Assembly: GCF_003918875.1 (NCBI RefSeq)
Contig: NW_025766936.1
Span: forward strand, 620,001-684,000
Direction: 5' to 3'
Source: Haliotis rubra
Taxonomy: Eukaryota
DNA length: 64,000 nucleotides
Shown here: piece by piece, positions 1-12,235 of the stretch
How positions within the stretch are numbered: the first letter of the stretch is position 1
Layout of the letters: each line of letters starts with the position of its first letter
Program-made: the position numbers and the translations under genes
The notes under the pieces: generated by a model
Databases searched by the model: none
Told to the model about the DNA's origin: nothing
What the model saw: only the letters and a program-made list of their open reading frames with translations

Positions 1-254
1 ACAGTGGTCAGTGGTGTATAAGGTGCACATTAGAGTGAAAGTACAATCACAAGGACAGTGTTATATATAACAGCTACAGTAACAGCATAAAGACAGTGAT
101 ATTCACCCAACAGACACAGTGGTCAGTGGTGTATAAGGTGCACATTAGAGTGGAAGTACAATCACAAGGACAGTGTTATATATAAGAGCTACAGTAACAG
201 CATAAAGACGGTGATATTCACCCAACAGACACAGTGGTCAGTGGTGTATAAGGT
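1..254. repeat. 115-bp tandem repeat (about 2.2 copies visible, continues left of window)
   Basis: Unit starting ACAGTGGTCAGTGGTGTATAAGG recurs at 1, 116 and 231. Confidence 0.9.
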
Positions 255-1878
255 AAGTATATCCAGGGCAGAACAATAACTAGCGTCCTCCCTTGTATAG
301 TTCCTGAAACTTCCTGAGTAAACTTGATTCCAAGGCATCAAACTATAGTAACTTCTACACCCGTGCTTACTTTAGATAGCTATACATTCCTGACGAAAAA
401 GAGTTGTTGAAACAATGTTACAAGAAAGCGGACAAGAAAACATCATAATGCCTTTATTACAATTTCAAACAAATTAAAAGTAGATTAAGACAGTTTTCCT
501 TTAATATTTGAGTTCATATGAACAATGCTGGTTTCAGTTCATTCCCCATTTTACACCATTCCCAATTTTACTACTATGTCTATATATCATGTACACGGAA
601 AGTGTAAACAGTCCATCAGGCCACATTGTCTCCAAGATCATGCATGCAACGAACTGAGAAGTAGGCACCTTACATGATTGCAGTAATCCGTCTGACTAAA
701 GGCAGGCATGTCAGTTTTATAAAAGCGGACAAGTAAGGTCTTATCGATAATTTGAACATAAAGAAAACCAAATATGACATGTTGCAGACAATAGCTTAAA
801 ACGAATACAGAAATGTCCTTACTTTGTACTTCATTTGCTCGTAGAATTTCAGAAAGCTTTTACAGAATGGTATTGTTAATTATAAATTGAATTTTATCAA
901 AAATACAACAATTGCAAATTGTCATTGAGAATGTTATATGAACACAGACACATTCACAAGGAACAATATTTTGCTGGCTGAAATCAGCTGTTGCAGGCAA
1001 GGCGCAAGTCATTCAGCATTCCACCACACGGACTGTTTCCTTGTCTCCCTCTGAATGTTGTGAAAAATTCTCTATCACGTTTTTGACTTTAGGAATTATA
1101 TTAAAAACGCTTAATAATTTCCTATACAATTAAACCCTCATATATGAATCCAGACGTTTCAAAGAAGCATCAGGTAAAGAACTCATACTGAATATTTATA
1201 GAAACAATGCAATACAGTGACAATATTATTTAACAGTTCTTACATTTCCGCATAACAAACGGTATTTTATAGTTAACTTTCACACTTTGATGATATAGAA
1301 CATCCTTGTGTTGGGATAGTTTAACCTGTATCCTCGTAGGGTTCCATACCGACGTTCACTGAATGGAATGTTCATCCAGAAATTTGTTTTGGCCAAGATC
1401 ACTCATACAATGTACACATAACGACAATACAAAATGATTTTATAGAACTCTCGAGGTGTATTCAGGACGATCCGGTACAGTGGTTTCCATCACCACTACC
1501 AGTAAAGCACACACATTACTTTACACTGTGTATATTGTACAGCACTGATACTGTTTAGCCAACTTGACGATAAATTCAAATATGTCAACATCAGCGCCAC
1601 ATGGGATCCGTGATATTATTGATCAGTGCGCTGACGTTGTTAATTGCGCAGAGTACTAGTGTGGGCAAACATTTTGTTAAATGTATTTCACAATGTGTTT
1701 TATCATGTGGAGCTAAACCAAAGGTATAGAATGACGCACATGATCATTTCCATTATGCCATCAGGGTACCTGGTTATAAACTGTTATGGTGTAGCGGTAA
1801 GCAGTTTCACCGTATCACTCTGCACTGTCGTGATTCCTATTGGTGGATGCATATTTCTGTTGAAGTACAAGACAGAGA

Positions 1879-3120
1879 ATGTATGTGCTGAGGCTGTTCA
1901 CAGAGCGAGGGGTGCGCCACCTCAATGTAGTGACATGTGGACTGTGTCTACTGTTGTTTCTGAAGGCGAGCAGAGGTCAGGACGATCACCATGTACTTCG
2001 ACTACACAATGACCTCATCAGAGACAACAACCCCAATGTCAGACCAGTCAAGAACAGTAGTGACTCTATCACGGTCTCTTTAGAATTTCACCTTCTCAGC
2101 ATGTCTAATTTTGATGAAGTTACTCAAACAGTGACAGCCAACGGGTTTTTCTTAGTTTCCTGGAAAGATGAGTTTCTAACCTGGAACGCCAGTGAGTATG
2201 GAGGAGTCAGTGCTATAAGTCCTGACTATGGGAAGGTTTGGAGACCTTACATCACTGTTCGCAACCGGGTGGATAGTTTTGAACCTCTGGGTCTCGATTT
2301 TGGGATCATGCAAGTTACCGCCCAAGGAATTGTAACATGGGCACCTGGCGATACCTTCAAGACTTTCTGCCAAATGGATGTTACCAACTTTCCTTTGGAT
2401 GAACAAGAGTGTACTTACGACACGTTCGTTTGGGGAAATATTCTGGAAGAAGTAGATTTAAAACCGACAAATAACTCTATTGACCTGACGTTATATAACT
2501 CGAACAGCCAATGGCATATCGCTAACTCATCTTCGCAAAGATATATTGTTCAGACCATTGGGTTTTCTTACGCAATGACATCCTTCAATATGACCCTAAA
2601 GAGAAAGCCATCTTTGGTGATTCTGACAACTCTCCTGCCTGTCCTGGTGCTGGGATTAGTGAATGTGGTGGTGTTCCTCATTCCTGTGGAGTCTGGAGAG
2701 AAGGTCTCCTTTGCCATCACGGTGTTGCTGTCTTTCACTGTTTCCCTGTCCTTCGTCACTGGACTGCTTCCACAGAATGCTGACTCGTTACCTATATTCA
2801 CTGTTTTCATTGTTGGCATGTTTGTGATGAGCTCTATCTACGTGTTCCTGGCCATCTGGATCGTGCAAGTGTTCCATCGAGACGCAGCCATCAAACCTGT
2901 TCCGTCGTGGATGGGACGTTTGACAAGGTCCTGGGAGAGAAGTATCTGTGGCACTCCTGTTGTTGGACGTAAGGAGAACCTGACATTGGCATCTTGCAAG
3001 GAACCATTAATGTCTTGGATAAGAGTTAGCAGAATGGCTGACAGAATTTTGTTCTGCCTGTTTTTCATTCTTTACATCCTAACCACGGTCATTGCATTTC
3101 TGAAGATAGCGTATTTCTAA
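1879..3120 (+). CDS. Intronless nicotinic acetylcholine receptor-like Cys-loop channel subunit, non-alpha type (copy 1)
   Basis: 413 aa single ORF with signal peptide, RPVKN motif, Cys-loop CQMDVTNFPLDEQEC (C-x13-C), M1-M3 with SGEKVSFAITVLLS, short M3-M4 loop and M4 after W..VSRMADR. No loop-C CC. Confidence 0.93.
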   Translation: MYVLRLFTERGVRHLNVVTCGLCLLLFLKASRGQDDHHVLRLHNDLIRDNNPNVRPVKNSSDSITVSLEFHLLSMSNFDEVTQTVTANGFFLVSWKDEFLTWNASEYGGVSAISPDYGKVWRPYITVRNRVDSFEPLGLDFGIMQVTAQGIVTWAPGDTFKTFCQMDVTNFPLDEQECTYDTFVWGNILEEVDLKPTNNSIDLTLYNSNSQWHIANSSSQRYIVQTIGFSYAMTSFNMTLKRKPSLVILTTLLPVLVLGLVNVVVFLIPVESGEKVSFAITVLLSFTVSLSFVTGLLPQNADSLPIFTVFIVGMFVMSSIYVFLAIWIVQVFHRDAAIKPVPSWMGRLTRSWERSICGTPVVGRKENLTLASCKEPLMSWIRVSRMADRILFCLFFILYILTTVIAFLKIAYF

Positions 3121-3379
3121 CATACAAACGTAAAGGGACGTGTTGTTGTCAGCATTCATTCTGGAAGATATAAGGTATACATTCATATGAAAAACGCAAC
3201 GTTTGGCGTATGATATCTAATTGTTGAGCATATATACTAAGCCAAGCATCGTGTGTTATCTTATGTCCCAAACACACCCATAAAAACGAAGTATGTTGAA
3301 ATCCGGTTTATGGACGTAAAGAGCGTATACTAAAACTGGATTAGGCATTAAGGTGCGCCTGGTGCACCCTCAACAATCG

Positions 3380-4335
3380 ACAGTAGTACGATTGGGTAAC
3401 GTTTTTATTTCACAGGGACTAACCGTCTGTATTGGAGCTTGTGTAATACCGTCTAAGCCCCCTCTCGCATTCACAATAGGAAGGAAACGTTGTCTCGTTG
3501 ACTGTCTAACACCCGTGAACACAGCGTTAGACAACCTGAGCTAATGATGTAGCAATATGACGCTCTTGAAGATTCTGGGGTTGACGTCCCAAATCACGAA
3601 GACTGCTTCCAAGAGCATCCAATATGTGTTCGATGGGACTGAAGTCAGGTGATCTAGATGGCCGGTCCATGACGTCAATAGCCGCATTTTGCAGGACATT
3701 TAGCCATCTGCAGATGAACTGTGCCCAGCGTTGACGTTCATCACGGTTTAGCTGTGTCAGAATTGGCTGAATATACGGACGTCGGGCAGGAAGATGGGCA
3801 GCTCGCAAGTGGTTTCCTATGTTCTGGACGACCTCTAAACAGTTCGTTACTGGTTGACGTTGGGATCGTAACATGATTACGTAAATGACGTAGTCAAATG
3901 CGATTGCCCTCTGTATGTGACGTCGGACGTGGCCGTCGTGGCCAGGGGCGATCAGTTGTTGTACCCGTTGGATTCACACGTGTAATCAGTTTTTTTAAAT
4001 TGTCCGTCTGCTGCACCTCATTTCACGTGCAAGACTGGCTAGGATGCCAATAGCAGTTCAAGTTCAACATTTTTAGTACTTAGCTTGAAAATTGTTTATC
4101 TCTCAAGGATTGTTAACGTGTTTTTTTCTATACTCAGCAGCAAATTCTTTTTCAGCGTCACGTTTTCACAATTAGCTTGGCGCATGCAGCTTGCTGGTGA
4201 ACGTGGCTCACCATAGTTGAAACTGCAGATTAGACCTGGCCATTATGGCATTCACTCACATCAACTACCTTGTACAACCCCCTTTTCAACATAATTCATT
4301 TCTCCAAGTGTGAAGTTTCATTTTCTGTTTAGTAT
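3380..4335 (-). mobile_element. Degraded, internally deleted Tc1/mariner element
   Basis: Fragments ARRPYIQPILT, WAQ and PSRSPDFSPIEHILDALG. The right end TGTGAAGTTTCATTTTCTGTTTAGTATA resembles the TIR of the 7284-8790 element. Left boundary uncertain. Confidence 0.8.
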
Positions 4336-5759
4336 ATGCAGCCATACCAGCTGCCATGTCATACTGATCCATACCACGAATAGGACACGTCAGTAGAAAT
4401 ATTGTACACAAGGCGCAGATGCCACAACAGAACTGGCAGTTATTACTAAACACGTAGCTGAAGTTATATATATGAAGTCACATATATATAAATATAGCGC
4501 TATGAATGTTATAGTTCGGATACCTGGGTGCCTGAGCACTGAACCATGCATTGCAATATCGTGCTGTTTTCACATCTCTTCTCAGACTAGTGTCTGAAAT
4601 CTTCACGTTTTGCTTTATTTCTCTGATTTAGTAGACGAGAGTAGAGATAAACCGCGTTTGTTTACATGTTCCTGTTTACTTATCAATGACCTTTCCAGTT
4701 CACAAATCATCATGGCATATATCAACATGGCTCAGGTAACGCTTAAGTCTGACCTGAGGAACAGACGGTGAACAGGGTTCCATCTACTGGACTCGCGATA
4801 TCAAACATCTGTGTCTCAACCAAACATAGACACTGACCGTGTTCGTTGCATTACAAAACAGTGATTGAAAAGCAATACATCCAGTTGCGGTTTTTATACT
4901 ATTCCAGTTTCTATCCCACAAGTATGTAAGTTTAAATGTTTAGGTCATGCTACATATTGACGATGAGTCAACAAGATTACTCTATGATGGTGCATTCTGA
5001 AGGTGAGAAGACGGGTTCTCTTTACTGAAGTTACGGTATGTTGGGACAGACAAATACAAATATATACGCCTGGAGAATAATCTGTTCTGTTAGCAGGACC
5101 ACTGTCGGGCACAACAGTAGTCACACAAACAAAGCATATAATCACGTGATCAATTACCTGCAAACATTATCCATAGAAACACTGTTAATACTGTTTACAT
5201 ATCATTGTACAACTTAGAGAAAAATCTTTATTTACTCGGGTAGGGATCAGTTATGTCCATTAATCACAGCTGCCATTAACTGTGTTTGTCCACGGATGCT
5301 CAATGCAGTGACGCGCAAGGAGAACCTGTGAAGGTAGACTCTAAAGGGGTACTGTTTCGTGCCGGTTTCCAAGTTGAAACAAAATCTGAATCCAAAATCT
5401 GTACTAAAAGGATTCGGTGTGAAACCTACACACAACAGAGACATGCTATACATCTAACAATAGCATTCTAATATCAGCTAAGTTTACAAATCAATACAAA
5501 TTACTGGAACAGCAATTACAGTGACAATACAAAGTAGAGTGGCAGTGCGAATACAAAGGCAATATAGTATTTAATCAGTGATAATACCAATGAAGATATT
5601 GATGATAATCTACACCTAGCTGTAGCAGTGGTCAGGTTTCAAAAGTATGTGTATAGGCTGGGAATCCAGGGTGCAAATGATCTTCAGACACATATTTGTT
5701 TTGATGTGATGTGAGACGTAATATGGAATGCCAGACGGGAAGCGTACCACACTCTGTGA

Positions 5760-6198
5760 GTGCCTGCGTATACTTGGGATACTCGCCGGTCCTGATGCCA
5801 TCGCAGTGCTGCGACAGTGCGGTGACTTTTTACCTCGTGTATCGTCAATATTGCCTGTCACCTGCACGTATAAATCTTTATCAGTGTGGTTCATATCTTG
5901 ACGGGACACTACCATCAGACCTGGAAAGCCAATGCCTTGAATTCGGAGAAGCAGAATGGTCGACATGATTATGTTCTGTCGCTTTCTCATATTTTAGATA
6001 TTAGTGAGTTTAGTTTTACGCCGCTTTTATCAATATTCCAGCAATATCACGACGGGAGACAGCAGAGATGGGTTTCACACATTGTAACTATGTGGGGACT
6101 CGAACCCGGGTCCTCGGCGTAACGAGCGAGCGCTTTAACTCCTAGGCTACCCCCATTTTACATATTAACCACATTCATTTCATCGCTAAACATTAGGA
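5760..6198 (+). pseudogene. Decayed nAChR-like relic (M2-M4 remnants) interrupted by a SINE
   Basis: Reads AIAVL..QCGDFLP..RDTTIRP..SRMVDMIMFCRFLIF[SINE]YILTTFISSL, versus copy 1 AITVL..QNADSLP..RDAAIKP..SRMADRILFCLFFILYILTTVIAFL. Contains stops and deletions. Confidence 0.7.
6003..6153 (-). mobile_element. tRNA-derived SINE
   Basis: Minus strand has an A box (GGGGTAGCCTAGGAG), a B box (GGGTTCGAGTCCC), core GATATTGCTGGAATATTGATAAAAGCGGCGTAAAAC and an ACTC-type tail. Imperfect TSD CATATTTTAGATATT / CATTTTTACATATT. Confidence 0.85.
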
Positions 6199-6787
6199 CG
6201 TGTAATATCACAATGTTATCATTTAAATGTCTCGTGGACCTAATAATTCAATGAAAATCAGATCTGACCATTTTATCTTCTCACGTTGTACTAGCGAAGT
6301 ACCTATTCTGACACCATGGACGTATAACAGTTGATTATGCCGACCTTTACGTGTGTTTTATGAGGACACGGATCTCGCAGTCTTTAGATTATTCGTGCGT
6401 TTTTCTTGTGTCATATCTGTTTATGTGGGATCCCATTGTTTAAACACGTACCTGTTGTGGTGTACAGCATTCCTTCACATGACTATATGAAGGACGGTTT
6501 ATATATTTATTCACAGTTTATTGTCGTGCAATACAGAGTAATCTAGTATAGATTCTGTGTTAGAATTGTTCCCAACACAAATTATTTTCGAACAGAGTTA
6601 GCAGGATTAAGCTTTATCTTAACATCTTTCGTTCTTAATTTCGTCCAATAGACACTATAGAAACTCCCTGAAAATTGTCGCAGGCTGTACAAAGCCGACC
6701 CTATGAGAACGTTGCCAGTAGAGTCAGCAGTGACGGAATGACGGAGATCCCCCTGCCACAGACCACAGGGAAGAGACTGATGACGTC

Positions 6788-6842
6788 AGAACCCGGGTCT
6801 TCGGCGTGACGAGCGAACGCTTTAACCATTAGGCTACCCCCC
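6788..6842 (-). mobile_element. SINE tRNA-like head fragment (same family as 6003-6153)
   Basis: GAACCCGGGTCTTCGGCGTGACGAGCGAACGCTTTAACCATTAGGCTACCCC matches 6102-6153. Confidence 0.75.
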
Positions 6843-7283
6843 ATCATCCTTTGAGGTAGATTAGTTTGATTTATGTATGTAAATAGATTGTACGTCTGAA
6901 TACGTCATGCACTGTAACGAAATACAATTGTTTTCAGTTTTGTTATTTCAAACACAATAATAAATTTGAAGATTGTAGGTATTGTATGTGTGGCTTTTGT
7001 ATTTTGTTTCTCTTGCAATCAACAAATAATGTCAAGGTAACAACTGAATAACATGTTTCGCCGAGATACCAACTTCCTGGATGATTGGCCTCCATTGTTG
7101 GTCAAATATAAGCCATGAGTGGATCTTGGCTACTTGAAATTATGAAATGCCAGCGCCAGAGAACAATCCACCGAGACAGGTAACATTGCGTGTAAGGCGC
7201 TAAGCTATAGTAGTATGTCCATGTGTATATATCACTGATGTTCGCGACAATTGAAATCATCTCCTGCCCTGCCGGTAGTACTA

Positions 7284-8790
7284 TACTGAGTCAAAAAAGA
7301 AACTTCACATTCTTTCTACAGGGCACTATAAAAGAACAAGAGATGGTAAGATGGTTAAATTGTTATTATTCCATTGCTGAGATCAGTGTGATGTACTCGA
7401 TACACTGACAGTGCCATAATCATTTCCATTAGGCTACACCGCCGTTCCAAAACATGGGTATACAGAATGTCAAGTCACAAGAATAAAAATGCGAAATTTC
7501 TCAGTTCAATATCGTGTATGGCCGCCCCGCGCATTCACCACTGCTAAACACCGTCTCCTCATCGACTGCCTGATGCTTGTGAACACGTGGTTGGGGATTC
7601 TGCGCCATTCCTCTTGCAAGGCAGCGCCAAGTTCCTGCAAATTCTGAGGTTGGTTCCTAAGACCACGAAGCCTTCCCCCAAGTGCATCCCAAACGTGCTC
7701 TATTGGATTAAAGTCAGGGGACCTCGATGGCCAGTCCATGACGTTGATTCCAGCGTTTTGAAGGGAATTTCGTGTCAACATCGCGGTATGCGGCCTAGCA
7801 TTATCATGCTGGAACTGTAGACCTGGCCATGAGCCGCCATGAAAGGAACGAGTTCAGGGGTGAGCACCTGGTCGCGGTAAGCAGCAGCTGTGAGGTTTCC
7901 ACGGAAGACCAGAAGTCGGGAACGGTTGTTCCCACAGAAAGCACCCCACACCATGCAACTTCCGCCCCCGAATCTGTCGACTTCCTGTACACAACATTGG
8001 GCATACCGTTCACGACGTCGTCTCCAGACTCTATGCCTCCCGTCCGCGAATCTGAGGGTAAACCTGGATTCATCGCTAAAGACGACTCGATTCCAGTCTC
8101 TCTGGGTCCATCGGAGGTGACGTTGGGCCCACAGCAGACGTTGACGTTGATAAAACGGCGTCAATATTGGCCCACGATATGGACGTCGAGAATGGAGATT
8201 GGCAGCCCGCAACCGATTTCGAATGGTCTGTGAGGACAGTCGACCTCTAAACATCTCAGCCCTGGTTCGTGTAGCCGGCAGAAATCTGTCACGTAGGTGA
8301 CTTAGGACGATTTGACGGTCTTCTGCTCGTGACGTCACACGTGGACGACACGACCTTGGGCGATCAGACGTGGTGCCAGACTGTTGAAGACGACCTCGCA
8401 AGTCATACACAGTACGATGGCTGCATCCCATTGCTCTTGCGACGTCAATAACTGATCTTCCCGCTTGCAACATGCCAACGGTACGTTCACGTTGCACATT
8501 TGACAATCGTGGCATTTCAAGTACCGTTAGAACTGTGGTTTAAAAGTGTTTTTTCACTTTCCTGAGGCCAATGCAAACACGTGCATATGAAGAAAACTTC
8601 GATGCGAAGATCACGAGATCGACTGCACGTGCAAAACCTGATTTGGCACTAACATCATTTGCACAACGAATGGATGGGTTTGAGTGGGTTTTGCTAACGT
8701 TTTTCTAGAGTCGAAAGATAGGGATCCCATTTCGTATACATAGATGTATCATCAAATTACATTTTGTGAAGTTTCTTTTTTGACTCAGTA
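7284..8790 (-). mobile_element. Full-length Tc1 (DD34E) transposon with perfect 26-bp TIRs and TA target duplication
   Basis: TIR TACTGAGTCAAAAAAGAAACTTCACA at 7284-7309 and its inverse at 8765-8790, both flanked by TA. Confidence 0.95.
7506..8515 (-). pseudogene. Tc1 transposase with a single frameshift near 7825
   Basis: Paired-like HTH N-terminus, VVFSDESRF, then after a 1-nt shift FQHDNARPH...WPSRSPDFNPIE with 34 residues between the second D and E. Ends GGHTRY. Confidence 0.9.
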
Positions 8791-10978
8791 TATTTCATCA
8801 AATAAAAGTGTTTGTTGCCTAACATCAGTTCGTCTGCCATATAACGACAGCATGGAAACAACAACCCCCGTCCAATCATATGATGGACCAGGCAATCCAG
8901 TGACCAAATAGCGCACATTACTGGTTTTGTTGAAACTTAAAACATGTTAATTTTGAAAGGATGGGGTGGGGGTGTCGGTAGATGTATTGCCGTTTTACCG
9001 AGTGCTCATTTCACCATCTGTAAATGCATCGCCCCTACTTTGTACTGGCGTTTTAATATATTGAAGCAGAGCCTATTAATCGTCTATCAAATCGGGATCT
9101 GACATCGGTCTTAATCAAAACGATATAACGGACATGTAATAAAAGCGGGTCAGACGTTTCAAAAATATACTATCAGCATAATAAGAGTGATGCGAGTGTG
9201 TGCGTGCGTGCGGATGTGCGGATGTGTGTTTGTGTGTGTGCATCAGTACGCCAGTGCATGAACACAGGCCAGGGGCCGGTATTCCTGACCGTAGCGAAAC
9301 TCGCTCGGCAATGGGAGGCGCCGAATATGGTTCTCAACTGTTAGTTGCAACAACTTAGTCACAACATTGTTACAGGTGGTAAAATTCTTTTTGTATTTTC
9401 TTTGTAAAACATATCGCGTTATTTTACTTCTGAAACATCCATGTGTGTTTTACTGACAAGGTGTACTGTTGATTATTGCAAATTTGCAAGTAGGTTAATA
9501 CAGTAATCAGTACCTATAGATCTGGGATTGTGAAATTAGTAAACACTCAAGATCGCAGAATCATCAACGAACCATACTGAAATAGTCAGGACACGGATAA
9601 ATAAACATACAGTGCTGTACAACAACTAAACTGAGTGATGCAATTTTAACAATATTTGCAGATGCAACAGGCATCACCTCCTACTCCTCTAACACACACA
9701 GACACACACACACACACGCACGGACGCACACACCCACCAAAAAACACACACAACAGGGCCCGTAAGCAGGCCACTGCATTTCGCGACCTTAGTACTTACG
9801 GTGACAAACAACATTTCATACCTGTTCGAATGGTCTCATGGTTGACAGTAGGGAACCGATCATCCCTGCAGGCATGACAAATTTCCGATCTAACCATCCC
9901 AGCATTTGCCAAGTATTACGACTGTCAACAGCTGTGACAGTCAAACATGGCTGTACACTAGGTCCGGTCTAGTAAAGTTATATTTGGCGGTCGCGCAATT
10001 TGGAACCAGAACTGCTTCTTGAATATACGCTTGTCGCCGGAAATCTGGTACCGGAAGTAAGCTAGGCCCCGTCTCGCATATCGCGAAGGATGCCAGGAAT
10101 CAGCTTATTACCGAATGTTTACGAATGACAACACATTGGTAAGTTTGGGCTGCATTTATTTGTTTTGTTTTTAGTATGTAAATATTATTCTGAAGAAAGA
10201 TTTTCCACGTGTTAATAATCGAATTCCAAATATATTTATATACAAATACCTGTTAACTTCCGCTTCAAATGAATCATTATTAAATCTGTGTAAACAGATT
10301 TACACCGCTTATAAAAAGAGACACACTTTGTTAATTTCTTAAATGTTTTATTATATTATGCACCCAATATACTTTGATTGTATATATGCTATATGTATAT
10401 GGGCTCGTGGACTTCATGCATGATATAGATCTTTGACCTTTACTTTACACCGATTGTCAAACTACACTAGACATGTTAAAACGTTCTATCACTATTATCG
10501 AATCAATATTTGTCAAACATGACTCGTTGGGCGTGGCACGAGATCTGACTTGAATTCTGGAGAAAGTGCGTGAAATCGCTCTAGAATCAGCATTCAGTCC
10601 GCAGTGGGCACGTGGATAGACCAAGGGTCGTCTGACATGTTTAATGACGTGGAAAGAAAGCAGTGCTCCTCACTGGGGCGCGCTATGTGCCAGGAGTTGT
10701 CAGGCGCTGGGTGGCGTTCTCACATTAAACATATAGTTCCAGGGAGGTAACTCTATTTCAATACCTCCAACTTTTACAATATTGCCGCAGCAGTATCACC
10801 ATAGGTACATAGAACATCTGGAAATAGCAGTAGAGGGATAGAAGTAAACATACACATGGCCTCATTATTACCGAAGCTTATATCACACACGCTGTCATTA
10901 CAACATTTATGACGCATTTTTAAATGCGCCGTCTCTGTTACAGGTTTAGGCTTGAAAGAAATGTTAATCTTTCAAGCG

Positions 10979-12235
10979 TTAGAAACATGCTATCTTCAAA
11001 TACCCACATGTTACTGATGTGATGAAAAGCATCAAAAAGAAATATAAGAAAATCCTGTCAGCCATTCTGCTGACCTGCATCCATGTTATTGATGAGGGAT
11101 CCGATGTTTCCTTTGACACCCTTTCCTGAGTCGAAGTCTCCTGGATTACCACAGCAGGAGTGCCACAGATGCATCTCTCCCAGGACTTTGTCATGCGTCC
11201 CATCCACGTGGGAACAGGCCTGATGGCGGTGTCGCGATGGAACACTTGCACGATCCAGATGGTCAGGAACACGTAAATAGAGCTCATAATAAACAGGCCA
11301 ACAATGAACATAGTAAACACGGGTATACTGTCAGCGTTCTGTGGCAGCAGTCCAGTGACGAAGGACAGGGATACAGTGAAAGACAGCAACATCGTGATGG
11401 CAAAGGACACCTTCTCGCCAGACTCCACTGGAATGAGGAATACAACCACATTCGCTAATCCCAGCACCAGGACAGGCAAGACAGTTGTCAGTATCCCCAG
11501 AGATGGCTTTCTCTTCAGGGTCATGTTAAAGTATACAAAGGAAAAAGGTGTGTCGTTGATGTGATAGACAACTTTCTGAGATGATGAGTTAACTATATCC
11601 CACTGGCTGTTAGAGTTAAACAAATATAATCCTATATAGTTTTTAGTGGGTTTTAAATCTACTTCTTTCAGATCACTTCCCCACTCAAACGTCATATACG
11701 AACACTCCTGTTCATCCAAAGGAAAGTTGGTAACATCCATTTGACAGAAAGTTTTGAAGGTATCGCCTGTCGACCAAAACACAATTCCTTGGGATGTCAC
11801 TTTCATGATCCCAAAGTCGAGACCCAGAGGCTGAATCCGATCCACAACGTTGCGAATAGTGATGTCAGGTCTCCAAACCTTCCCATAGTCAGGCCTTATC
11901 TCACTGACTCCTCCATACTCGCTGGAGTTCCAGGTTAGAAACTCATCTTTCCAGGAAACTGAGAAAAACCCGTTAGCTGTCACTGTTTGAGTAACTTCAT
12001 CAAAATCAGACATGCTGAGAAGGTGAAGTTCCAATGAGACCGTGATTGTGTCACTGCTGTTCTTGACTGGTCTCACTCTTGGGTTATTGGTTTTGATAAT
12101 GTCATTGTGTAGTCGAAATACATGGTGGTCGTCCTGACCTCTAGATGCCCCCATGAATAACAGTAGACAAAGTCCACATGTCACTACCTTGAGGTTACGC
12201 ACCCCTCGCTCTGTGTACAGCCCCAACACATACAT
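10979..12235 (-). CDS. Intronless nAChR-like Cys-loop channel subunit (copy 2)
   Basis: 418 aa. Same architecture as copy 1: WRPDIT, CQMDVTNFPLDEQEC, GEKVSFAITMLLS. No loop-C CC. Confidence 0.93.
   Translation of the reverse strand: MYVLGLYTERGVRNLKVVTCGLCLLLFMGASRGQDDHHVFRLHNDIIKTNNPRVRPVKNSSDTITVSLELHLLSMSDFDEVTQTVTANGFFSVSWKDEFLTWNSSEYGGVSEIRPDYGKVWRPDITIRNVVDRIQPLGLDFGIMKVTSQGIVFWSTGDTFKTFCQMDVTNFPLDEQECSYMTFEWGSDLKEVDLKPTKNYIGLYLFNSNSQWDIVNSSSQKVVYHINDTPFSFVYFNMTLKRKPSLGILTTVLPVLVLGLANVVVFLIPVESGEKVSFAITMLLSFTVSLSFVTGLLPQNADSIPVFTMFIVGLFIMSSIYVFLTIWIVQVFHRDTAIRPVPTWMGRMTKSWERCICGTPAVVIQETSTQERVSKETSDPSSITWMQVSRMADRIFLYFFLMLFITSVTCGYLKIACF

Noticed and set aside
385-430. Possible minimal hammerhead ribozyme (CTGACGA...GAAAC); similar weak cores near 7050-7085 and 41950-41995
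   Set aside because: Stems I and II do not pair convincingly or the core is mutated; at most Penelope-like relics. An Infernal hammerhead search would be needed.
2176-3068. Antisense ORFs recurring opposite each receptor gene
   Set aside because: Shadows of the conserved sense coding sequence.
6085-6153. Possible tRNA gene
   Set aside because: A/B boxes are attached to a SINE body and tail, with several diverged copies in the window.
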